64,000 bases of DNA from Candidatus Bacteroides merdavium (lineage in GTDB: Bacteria; Bacteroidota; Bacteroidia; Bacteroidales; Bacteroidaceae). The notes beneath the pieces were generated by a model. The model saw nothing but the letters and a program-made list of their open reading frames with translations, was not told the DNA's origin and did not search any database. The stretch is from the NCBI GenBank assembly GCA_019116805.1, contig DXAV01000068.1, forward strand, positions 21,709-85,708. Reading direction: 5' to 3'. Below, one piece after another: positions 9,236 through 17,294 of the stretch. Made by a program: the position numbers and the translations under genes. How positions within the stretch are numbered: position 1 is the first letter of the stretch; each line of letters begins with the position of its first letter.

Positions 9236-9709
9236 TTATTGCTTGTACAGCATTTCCATCAGTTCGTCCTCGTCCAGCGGTCCTTCGATATAGACCAGGG
9301 TGGCCTTGTCTTCCTTACCTACCTTGTAGAGGATGTAGCGATTCACTTTTTTGCCCTTCCGGGCAGCACGGCTCAAGCGATAGTAGGCGCTGCGCAGCTC
9401 GCCGCTTTCGTTCACCTCCTGCGTTTTCTGTACCTGATGAGTGTCAACAGCCTGCTTGAGGCATTGCACGATTTCCTGTTTGTAGGGAGCTACCTGTTCA
9501 AAGACCAGGCTCTTGTAGGCCGTCATGCGGTAGGAGCGTAGGATGCTTCCATTCAGTTCCACGTAGGTCACGTTTTTCTCGTCCTTGTATTTCTCGAACA
9601 AAGTGGCTATCTGCAGGCCCTCCTGAGCATATGCGGTGAGACCGAAGCAGAGGGTCAGCAGCAAGATGCCGACTAGGCGGTGGTATGCGATGTTTTCTCT
9701 TGTCTTCAT
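9236..9709 (-). CDS. DUF4252/DUF6108-like periplasmic protein
   Basis: Signal peptide (AYA/Q), FEKY...VTYVEL N-terminus and LVYIEG C-terminus. Typical partner in Bacteroidetes ECF operons. Confidence 0.7.
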   Translation of the reverse strand: MKTRENIAYHRLVGILLLTLCFGLTAYAQEGLQIATLFEKYKDEKNVTYVELNGSILRSYRMTAYKSLVFEQVAPYKQEIVQCLKQAVDTHQVQKTQEVNESGELRSAYYRLSRAARKGKKVNRYILYKVGKEDKATLVYIEGPLDEDELMEMLYKQ

Positions 9710-9715
9710 GATGCT

Positions 9716-10177
9716 TTAGGGTAATAGGTTGGGTAGTGTGATGGTTTCTTTCAGTTCTTCGTCGGTGAAGCCCACGTTCTGTAGGGCTTCCAGTGCCTTG
9801 GCCTGTACCAGTTTCGGGTCGTCGCAGTAGTGCCCGTCAATGATGGCGTAGCTGGTGCGGCTGGGTGTGATGTGGGGCATCAGACCGGCGATGCCGATAC
9901 AGAGCAGCAGAGTGGCGGCAATGCCTGTGGTCAGATAGTACAGACGATACAGGCGGGTAGGCTTCGAGGTTGCTTCCGGTTGCTTGGCCGGAGTACTCTC
10001 TTCCTTCTGCGTTTGTCGGAAGGTTTCGATTTCCTGGGCGATACAGGCAAAGAGCGGGCGGTACACCTCCAGATGTTCGGGCACCTGGTCCGAGGCAAAG
10101 AAACGGCGCAGTTCGCGTTCTTCCTCACAGGTAGTCTGTCCGTCGAAATATTTTTCAAGCAGTTCTTCCGTCTTCAT
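9716..10177 (-). CDS. Putative anti-sigma factor (single TM)
   Basis: LLEKYFDGQTTCEEERELRRFF anti-sigma-like N-terminus and IAATLLL TM helix. 4-bp overlap with the sigma gene. Confidence 0.8.
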   Translation of the reverse strand: MKTEELLEKYFDGQTTCEEERELRRFFASDQVPEHLEVYRPLFACIAQEIETFRQTQKEESTPAKQPEATSKPTRLYRLYYLTTGIAATLLLCIGIAGLMPHITPSRTSYAIIDGHYCDDPKLVQAKALEALQNVGFTDEELKETITLPNLLP

Positions 10178-10692
10178 GACTGTTTCCTCCTTTTATGTTC
10201 TTGTATGGTTTGCAGGTAGATGTCCCTTACTTTCTTCCGTGCCCTCGACAGGTTGCTGCGTATGGCCTCGGCGCTGCATCCGGTTATCTGGGCAATTTCT
10301 TCGCTCTCGTATTCCTCCACGTCCTTCATCCGCATGATGGTGCGTTGGAGCGGGGGCAGCGATTCGATGATGGCCCGTATCAACCTTGCTTCATCCTTCA
10401 GTTCGAGCAGATGATCTGGTGTGCGGCTGTCGGCTTCGGTCTGCAACCGGTCGATGGAACTGTTGTCCCTGCTGCGCCGCCACAAGTCTATGCAGACATG
10501 GTGCGTCAGGGTCATGGCGAATGCCTCGATGCTGCGGTACTGGTTCAGCTCCAGCCGGTTGTTCCACAGCTTGAGCAGTACCTCTTGTACGGCATCTTCG
10601 GCATCCTCCGGGCTCTCGGTCAGCTTGCGTGCATAGTTTAGCAGCTTGGGACGGAGCGGCAGGACAGTTATTTTGAATTCTTTGAGTTCCAT
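10174..10692 (-). CDS. ECF RNA polymerase sigma-70 factor
   Basis: Region 2 DAEDAVQEVLLKLW and region 4 EEIAQITG...IRSNLSRARKK. Confidence 0.95.
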   Translation of the reverse strand: MELKEFKITVLPLRPKLLNYARKLTESPEDAEDAVQEVLLKLWNNRLELNQYRSIEAFAMTLTHHVCIDLWRRSRDNSSIDRLQTEADSRTPDHLLELKDEARLIRAIIESLPPLQRTIMRMKDVEEYESEEIAQITGCSAEAIRSNLSRARKKVRDIYLQTIQEHKRRKQS

Positions 10693-10704
10693 TTACACCT
10701 ATAG

Positions 10705-10730
10705 GACGTTCGGAAAGACCAAACGTGACA
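10705..10730 (-). promoter_or_regulatory. Candidate autoregulatory ECF promoter (TGTCAC-N16-CGTC)
   Basis: Minus strand reads TGTCAC gtttggtctttccgaa CGTC, 12 nt upstream of the sigma start codon. Fits general ECF -35/-10 architecture. Confidence 0.65.
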
Positions 10731-10806
10731 TCAAAGGTGCGAAAAAATGAGAGAAAAGACAAAAATAATGCGGTGGTCTGGGGAGTCTGTTCCTGAAGAC
10801 GTTATG

Positions 10807-10949
10807 AGACAGTGTTTTATGGACTTGCAACACAGTGCTTCGTGAGGTTGCGACACAGTGCTTCATGAGGGTGTGACGAAGTGCTTCGTGAGGAGGTGAC
10901 AAAGCACTGCATGAGAGGGTGACAAAGTGCTTTGTGAGGAGGTGACGAA
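10807..10949. repeat. 23-bp-period tandem array (family A, copy 1, about 6 units)
   Basis: Core AGTGCTTC-like motif at 10811, 10834, 10857, 10880, 10903 (inverted, AGCACT) and 10926. Consensus about ACRAAGTGCTTCRTGAGGNNGTG. Confidence 0.9.
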
Positions 10950-10960
10950 ACGGCTGGGGC

Positions 10961-11003
10961 AAAAAAGAAGAGAGGATGTATCTTCTGGCGATACATTCTC
11001 TCT
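10961..11003 (-). terminator. Intrinsic terminator of the perR-rubrerythrin operon
   Basis: Stem AGAGAGGATGTATC/GATACATTCTCTCT with a T-run on the minus strand. Confidence 0.8.
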
Positions 11004-11026
11004 TTGTTCAGGGAATATTCAGAATC

Positions 11027-11584
11027 TTATTTCTTGAAGTAGCGGTTGTACAGACCCTCGAAACCTTTGCCGTGACGGGCTTCGTCCTTGGCCATTTCGT
11101 GAACTGTATCGTGGATGGCATCCAGGTTCAGAGCCTTGGCACGGGTAGCGATGCGCTTCTTGTCTTCGCAAGCACCACTTTCGGCGTTCATACGCTTCTC
11201 CAGGTTGGTCTTGGTATCCCATACACAGTCACCCAGCAGTTCAGCAAACTTGGCAGCGTGCTCAGCTTCTTCCCAAGCATAACGCTTGAAGGCTTCGGCT
11301 ACTTCGGGATAACCTTCACGGTCGGCCTGACGGCTCATGGCGAGGTACATACCTACTTCGGTGCATTCGCCCATGAAGTGGTTGTTCAGGTCTTTGATCA
11401 TTTCGTCGTCGCAACCTTTGGCTACGCCGATTACGTGTTCGTCAGCGAAAGTCAGAGGACCGCCAGCTACGGCTTCTTCCACTTCAACAAACTTGCTGGC
11501 AGGAGCTTTACACAACGGGCACTTCTCGGGAGCGGCGTCACCTTCGTAAACGTAACCGCATACTGTACATCTAAACTTTTTCAT
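11027..11584 (-). CDS. rbr: Reverse rubrerythrin (NADH peroxidase)
   Basis: N-terminal rubredoxin CTVC...CPLC and ferritin-like EAEH / EARH di-iron motifs. Confidence 0.93.
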   Translation of the reverse strand: MKKFRCTVCGYVYEGDAAPEKCPLCKAPASKFVEVEEAVAGGPLTFADEHVIGVAKGCDDEMIKDLNNHFMGECTEVGMYLAMSRQADREGYPEVAEAFKRYAWEEAEHAAKFAELLGDCVWDTKTNLEKRMNAESGACEDKKRIATRAKALNLDAIHDTVHEMAKDEARHGKGFEGLYNRYFKK

Positions 11585-11638
11585 TTTTACTCAGTTTTTT
11601 AGTTTGAATTAATTAGTCTTATCTTTTTATTGTTTCAA

Positions 11639-12055
11639 TCAAAAACAATTTTCTTCCTTACAATGTTTGCAGACACCTCTATAATATATGTGAATTTCCT
11701 GTATTTCGTGTCCTTTCGTCTCTGTACAACCTTCGGCCGAGAGTCCGTCCAGACAAGGCAGGTCATATACTTTATTGCACACCTTGCAGAGGAAATGGGC
11801 ATGTGGCGTGGTGTCACCGTCGTAGCACGTATTTCGTCCGTCAATGGTGAGTGTCTGGATGGCGGCATGCTCATCGAGCAACTTCAAGGTATTGTACACC
11901 GTTGTTTTTGACAGGGTAGGCATACCCGGAGCGAGTGCCGTGTAGATTTCGTCCACGGTGGGATGTGTATGGTGGTCCATCAGGTACTGCATGATGGCTA
12001 TCCGCTGTACTGATGGCTTTATGCTGTGGCTTTGCAAACGTTCAATAACATCCAT
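11639..12055 (-). CDS. perR: Fur-family repressor, PerR-like
   Basis: HPT, TVYNTL, HAHFLCKVC and CKHC motifs. Adjacent to rubrerythrin. Start placed at MDVIERL. Confidence 0.85.
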   Translation of the reverse strand: MDVIERLQSHSIKPSVQRIAIMQYLMDHHTHPTVDEIYTALAPGMPTLSKTTVYNTLKLLDEHAAIQTLTIDGRNTCYDGDTTPHAHFLCKVCNKVYDLPCLDGLSAEGCTETKGHEIQEIHIYYRGVCKHCKEENCF

Positions 12056-12072
12056 ATTCGCTCTTTTCAAAG

Positions 12073-12087
12073 TTGTAATGATTACAT
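12073..12087. promoter_or_regulatory. PerR/Fur-type 7-1-7 operator
   Basis: TTGTAAT-G-ATTACAT between the perR promoter and start codon. Resembles the Per box TTATAATNATTATAA. Confidence 0.7.
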
Positions 12088-12101
12088 TTTTAATTCTGAT
12101 G

Positions 12102-12132
12102 CAAAGATAGTCACTTCTTTCTATTTACCAAA
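12102..12132 (-). promoter_or_regulatory. Bacteroidetes housekeeping promoter of perR (TTTG-N19-TATCTTTG)
   Basis: Both -33 and -7 consensus elements are present at canonical spacing. Confidence 0.75.
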
Positions 12133-12202
12133 GGTTTTCCCGTTTTTTTCGTGGTCATATTGATAAATTGGTTTATTTTTGCGGTAGTTAAACTTTTAGG
12201 AT

Positions 12203-14119
12203 ATGAATTACGGATATGTGAAAGTGGCAGCAGCCGTGCCCCGTGTCCATGTGGCTGACTGTAAGTTCAACGCCGGACAGATAGAGAAGGAAATCATCAT
12301 TGCCGACGGAAAAGGTGTGCAGATCATTGCTTTTCCGGAATTGTGTATTACCGGCTATACCTGTGGCGACCTGTTTGCCCAGCAGCTTCTGCTGGAAGAA
12401 GCCGAACTGGGGCTGATGCAGGTGCTCAATACAACGCGTCAGCTGGACATCATTTCCATTGTGGGCATGCCTGTCGTGTGCGAAGGACAGCTGCTGAATG
12501 CGGCGGTTGTCATCCAGAAAGGGCGGGTATTGGGTGTCGTGCCGAAAACCTATCTGCCCAATTACAAGGAATTCTATGAGATGCGCTGGTTTGTATCGGC
12601 TTCCGATGTGTCGGCACGGTCGGTACGATTGTGCGGGCAGGTAGTCCCGATGGGCGATGATTTGCTTTTCGAAACCTCCGACACCACTTTCGGCATCGAG
12701 ATATGCGAAGACGTGTGGGCGGCAGTTCCACCCAGTTCGTCTCTGGCGTTGCAGGGAGCGGAAATCATTTTTAATCTCTCGGCTGACAACGAGTCCATCG
12801 GCAAACATGCCTACCTGCGTTCACTCCTGAGCCAGCAGTCGGCTCGCTGCCTGGCCGGATATGTGTTCAGCTCGTGCGGGTTTGGCGAATCGACCACCGA
12901 CGTTGTGTTTGCCGGTAACGGTTTGATTTATGAGAACGGTACGTTGCTGGCTGCCAGTGAGCGATTCTCGCTGGAAGAACAGCTGGTAGTAAGCGAAATC
13001 GATGTGGAATTTCTGCGTACGGAACGCCGGGTGAACACGACCTTTGCTGCCTGCCGTAGGCGGGTGGCTCCCGAGGCAGCGGTCAGAATATCGACGGAGC
13101 TGGTCAACAGCCGTGAGCTGAATTTGACGCGTACCTACGATCCGCATCCGTTTGTTCCGCAGGGACCCACGCTAGACGAACGTTGCGAGGAAATCTTTTC
13201 CATTCAGGTAGCCGGACTGGCGCAACGCCTGACGCATACCAAGGCCAAGAGTGCGGTGGTAGGCATTTCAGGCGGCCTCGATTCGACACTGGCGCTGCTG
13301 GTCTGTGTCAAGACGTTCGACAAGCTGGGATGGTCGCGTAAGGGGATTGTCGGTGTGACGATGCCCGGTTTCGGTACGACAGACCGCACCTATACCAATG
13401 CACTTGACCTGATGACATCGCTCGGGGTGACGGTACGTGAGGTCAGCATCAGGAAGGCCTGCCTGCAGCACTTCGAGGACATCGGCCACGATGCGTCGGT
13501 GCACGACGTGGTGTACGAAAACTCGCAGGCACGCGAGCGTACGCAGATTCTGATGGACATTGCCAACCAGACGTGGGGACTGGTCATCGGTACGGGCGAC
13601 CTTTCGGAACTGGCTTTGGGATGGGCTACGTACAACGGCGACCACATGTCCATGTATGGTGTGAATGCCAGTGTACCCAAGACGCTGGTAAAACATCTGG
13701 TGAAGTGGGTGGCCGAAAACGGTATGGACGAGACATCGCGCCGCACGCTGCTCGATATTGTAGATACTCCCATCAGTCCCGAGCTGATACCGGCCGACGA
13801 GAACGGCAACATCAGTCAGATAACCGAGGACTTGGTAGGTCCTTACGAATTGCACGACTTCTTCCTTTATCATTTCCTGCGCGGAGGGTTCCGCCCGTCG
13901 AAGATTTTCTATCTGGCGGCAAGAACTTTTAAAGGGGTGTACGACGAAGAGACCATCCGGAAATGGTTGCAGACTTTCCTGCGGCGCTTCTTCAACCAGC
14001 AGTTCAAACGCTCCTGCCTGCCCGACGGACCGAAAGTGGGCAGCGTTTCCCTCAGTCCGCGAGGTGACTGGCGCATGCCGAGCGACGCTTCGTCCGAAGC
14101 ATGGCTCAAGGAATGTTAG
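12203..14119 (+). CDS. nadE: Glutamine-dependent NAD+ synthetase
   Basis: Nitrilase domain (FPEL, PK, EICED) plus synthetase motifs SGGLDST, ENSQARER and TGDLSE. Confidence 0.96.
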   Translation: MNYGYVKVAAAVPRVHVADCKFNAGQIEKEIIIADGKGVQIIAFPELCITGYTCGDLFAQQLLLEEAELGLMQVLNTTRQLDIISIVGMPVVCEGQLLNAAVVIQKGRVLGVVPKTYLPNYKEFYEMRWFVSASDVSARSVRLCGQVVPMGDDLLFETSDTTFGIEICEDVWAAVPPSSSLALQGAEIIFNLSADNESIGKHAYLRSLLSQQSARCLAGYVFSSCGFGESTTDVVFAGNGLIYENGTLLAASERFSLEEQLVVSEIDVEFLRTERRVNTTFAACRRRVAPEAAVRISTELVNSRELNLTRTYDPHPFVPQGPTLDERCEEIFSIQVAGLAQRLTHTKAKSAVVGISGGLDSTLALLVCVKTFDKLGWSRKGIVGVTMPGFGTTDRTYTNALDLMTSLGVTVREVSIRKACLQHFEDIGHDASVHDVVYENSQARERTQILMDIANQTWGLVIGTGDLSELALGWATYNGDHMSMYGVNASVPKTLVKHLVKWVAENGMDETSRRTLLDIVDTPISPELIPADENGNISQITEDLVGPYELHDFFLYHFLRGGFRPSKIFYLAARTFKGVYDEETIRKWLQTFLRRFFNQQFKRSCLPDGPKVGSVSLSPRGDWRMPSDASSEAWLKEC

Positions 14120-14131
14120 CCGGCTGCCGTT

Positions 14132-14968
14132 CTATTTATAGTATTTCTGATAGATTTTCTGATATTCCTTGCCCTGTTTGAAGTCTTCGAGCCATGCGTT
14201 GAGACTGTCGAGCAGGGCAGGCGATTTTTTACTCACTGCCCACGAATAGAATTGCGTGAAGCTGATGTCGGTCGAGATGTCTATCTGTGGCATGCTGTCG
14301 GCAGCGGCACGGGCTATGTTTTCGTCGCATACGGCATAGTTGATGTCTCCGTGGGCCACCATAGCTATCAGTTGCTCGGGACCGTACTTCTCCACCTCTT
14401 TAATATAGATGGTATCGGCAATCTCGTCGCCCAAGTTCTGGATGCGCAGAATAGATGGCGATCCTTTCACTACGTGCAATGTCCGTTTGGCCAGCGACAG
14501 GTGGGTACGGATGAACAATGAGTCGTCGGGCGAGGAAGCCTTACGTTGTACTAGTACTTCCTTGGTTAAGGTGATAGGTGTGGTGAGCAGCAGCGAATCT
14601 TTTAAGGTACTGGTTGCCAGGATGCCATTGGCTATTAGATCGTATTTTCCTATTGCTAGTCCTTCCAAACGTTTTTCGAAACTCATTTCGGGCATGATGG
14701 AAACATGCAGTCCATGGTCTTTCGCAAAGGCTTCTATCAGTTCGTAATCGAAGCCGGAAAGTGTATCACCATTCAGATGGAGGCTTATGGAATTGTACTC
14801 CAGAGCTACACGTAGGGTACCTTCGGTGGCAATTTCAGGATAGTCGCGTGAGGCAGAAACAGCGTTGGAGGTTTCTCCACGTGGTAAAACAAAGGTTGCA
14901 ACCAGCGAGCCGACTAAAGCTGCAGCCAGGTATTTCCAGATTTTCGGGTTCAGTCTTTTCGGCAACAT
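14132..14968 (-). CDS. Family-3 solute-binding domain protein (MltF N-domain-like, no transglycosylase domain)
   Basis: GTLRV, GFDYEL and SWAV...LLDSLNAWL motifs with an N-terminal anchor. Confidence 0.8.
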   Translation of the reverse strand: MLPKRLNPKIWKYLAAALVGSLVATFVLPRGETSNAVSASRDYPEIATEGTLRVALEYNSISLHLNGDTLSGFDYELIEAFAKDHGLHVSIMPEMSFEKRLEGLAIGKYDLIANGILATSTLKDSLLLTTPITLTKEVLVQRKASSPDDSLFIRTHLSLAKRTLHVVKGSPSILRIQNLGDEIADTIYIKEVEKYGPEQLIAMVAHGDINYAVCDENIARAAADSMPQIDISTDISFTQFYSWAVSKKSPALLDSLNAWLEDFKQGKEYQKIYQKYYK

Positions 14969-14982
14969 AGATTTATCAAAGA

Positions 14983-17115
14983 TTAGTCATAGAAGTTCCA
15001 TGATACCCCCAATTTTAATAGGCGTGGATTGATAGGATAATGGGGGACAAGGAATGAATTGCGGTTACCCATGCCGGCGTTGACGTGATACATCATCACG
15101 AAGATGCGGGTACGTTTCAGATGCAGGTTGGCATAAACGTTGACGATGGGATAGCCGCCTATCTTTACTTGGTTTTCTTCGGGTTGAAGGACAAACTGCG
15201 AAATGGCTGGCTGGTAGGCGGGTGCATTGTACTCTGTGAAATAGCGCACATCGGCACCTAGCTGCACGGTTAGCACTTTCTTGAACAGACGTGTCAGCAA
15301 ATAGAAGTTGTGATAGAGCGACAGGTCGGGCAGCGGTAATACAGTCTGGTTGCTCGACTTTTGCCATGTCACTTCGTTGTCCAGGTGGAAGATTCCCAGT
15401 TTAAAATTCTGTTTCAACATGGCAGCTAACACTTGGACGTTCCCACTGTGTTGGGTGGGCAAGGCTTTGGAATCAAAATAAGTATAGTTCTTGATGTTTT
15501 CCACGCCTGCCTTCAGATTGGTGCCCCAACGGTCTATGTTCAGTTCACCTTCTACGCGAGTACGGAATTCCTTATTGAGATCGTTGTCCCAGGTGAAGTG
15601 GTTGGAGTGATAGTGACGCATGTAGAATGAGGGCAATGTGTTGCTGACATAACCGCGTGCAAAGAAGTTCACGGTGTCTTTGCCCAAACGGAAATTCAGG
15701 TCCAGGTCTCCGTTTATACGGAATTGACCGACTGCTTTACCTGCCAGACCAACTTCACCATTGGCGCGATAATGTAACAGATGACCTTCCCGTTTAGCCA
15801 GTTCACCGCCCACGTAGAGTTCGTGCTCAGTATAAATCTGGCTAGGTAGTGGTTGGATTGTTTCTCCATTGTTTTCAGTTGTTGCTGTGCCGTTGCCAAG
15901 ATTCATCAACGTGTAGCGGCTTACCTGATGCGAGGCATAGGCTGTCAGTCCAGCTTTAGCATATTTGTTGAATCCTTCGAGCAAAGAGATACCCAATATG
16001 TTTTTGAAACTTAGGGCCAACGTGCTGTCATTACTCATGCCTTCCTGGAGGTAGGTGTTTTCGTAAGGGCTATCACTGCCCGTAGGTTCCGTGCCGGAGC
16101 GGAAGCGGTGATTAGAGCGTTCTACGTGGAAGGTGTGGATAAAACTGGTAACAGGTACGAATTCTTCTGTCACTAGCGTATCCATGGGTACGGCGGTACT
16201 GTCACGCTGCGCCTTACGGCGTGTGTTTTCGTCCTTGGTTTCTTCTATTTTGGTGGTTTCGCGAGTGAAGCCCAAACGATAACGTTGCGTCATGTGGACG
16301 TAGAAGTTATGATTGCGGTTCGATGTTTGCTCCAGATTGACAGGAAAATAAGTCGTTCCACCCACATCGGGCATGTTTTCGGGACGGGTGACGTACTGGT
16401 CATCGGCAATACCTCCGTTTTCATTCATCTTCAGCGAGAAGTTATTGTACATGGCCTGTATCTGGTAACGTTCGCCGATGTAGCTGGCAAAAAGACCGGC
16501 ATTGAAAAAGGCAGTAGCCTGGTCGGGGTAATAACCGCGACCGTAGAGATAATCAATATTGAAACCGAATGCCAGACGTTTGTTGGCATTTACTGAAAAA
16601 TAGGACTTGAACCGTTCTTCGCCATTCACTTTACTACCAGCCTTATAGTAGGTCAAGTTCGTAAAGGGAATGTTACTATTGGTGAATTTGAATTGGCTTG
16701 GGCGGAAATAGAAGCTTGAATAAGGTGCCAGAAACATTGTTGGTTCCAGGCCTTCCCGTTCGAAAAATAGGCGCGACTGTCGCGGACTACCCAGATTACC
16801 CAAGTAGTTGTAATGTCCCTCCATACCCTCCACGAGATTTGTATTCTGGAAGTTCAGGTTCGCGGTATCGGCTGGCACAATGGTACGGTCACCTAAACGC
16901 TCATCCAGTTGCCACATGTAAAGGCGTGGCGGGGGTGTTACCACCGTCGTACTGTCGTTCAGGTTGTCTGGTTGTGTGGAAGGGTCTATCTGGTTGCCAT
17001 ACTGGTCGCGCAATGTCTGGCCGTTGGTGTTTGTCAGCGTCTGTTGTGCCATTGCGGTTGTCAGCCCCAGGCTCCACAGCATCAGGTATGTCAGTGCTAT
17101 ATGTTTCAGTTTCAT
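14983..17115 (-). CDS. Putative porin (Bacteroidetes Porin_10-like)
   Basis: Signal peptide, YLGNLGSP motif and C-terminal YPINPR...GVSWNFYD. Confidence 0.82.
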   Translation of the reverse strand: MKLKHIALTYLMLWSLGLTTAMAQQTLTNTNGQTLRDQYGNQIDPSTQPDNLNDSTTVVTPPPRLYMWQLDERLGDRTIVPADTANLNFQNTNLVEGMEGHYNYLGNLGSPRQSRLFFEREGLEPTMFLAPYSSFYFRPSQFKFTNSNIPFTNLTYYKAGSKVNGEERFKSYFSVNANKRLAFGFNIDYLYGRGYYPDQATAFFNAGLFASYIGERYQIQAMYNNFSLKMNENGGIADDQYVTRPENMPDVGGTTYFPVNLEQTSNRNHNFYVHMTQRYRLGFTRETTKIEETKDENTRRKAQRDSTAVPMDTLVTEEFVPVTSFIHTFHVERSNHRFRSGTEPTGSDSPYENTYLQEGMSNDSTLALSFKNILGISLLEGFNKYAKAGLTAYASHQVSRYTLMNLGNGTATTENNGETIQPLPSQIYTEHELYVGGELAKREGHLLHYRANGEVGLAGKAVGQFRINGDLDLNFRLGKDTVNFFARGYVSNTLPSFYMRHYHSNHFTWDNDLNKEFRTRVEGELNIDRWGTNLKAGVENIKNYTYFDSKALPTQHSGNVQVLAAMLKQNFKLGIFHLDNEVTWQKSSNQTVLPLPDLSLYHNFYLLTRLFKKVLTVQLGADVRYFTEYNAPAYQPAISQFVLQPEENQVKIGGYPIVNVYANLHLKRTRIFVMMYHVNAGMGNRNSFLVPHYPINPRLLKLGVSWNFYD

Positions 17116-17294
17116 GCGGCAAAGATAACTAAAATAATGCGATATAAAGAAACTGTTCCAATTTTATCGTTTTTTGACTGGAAAAGGTCGTTTGCAAAAG
17201 CTTTTTTTACCTTGTGATGAAGACATTGGCCCGTATTCTTGTTGTTTGGGCTTACTTTTCTATCTTTGCATTACCCTAACCATTTTATATTTTT

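Noticed and set aside
10807-10949. CRISPR array interpretation of the 23-bp repeats (also 55092-55209)
   Set aside because: Units are contiguous and degenerate, with no unique 26-40 bp spacers and no cas genes.
10699-10962. 87-aa ORF across the repeat array
   Set aside because: Translation of the repeat itself. A 23-bp period is not codon-compatible.
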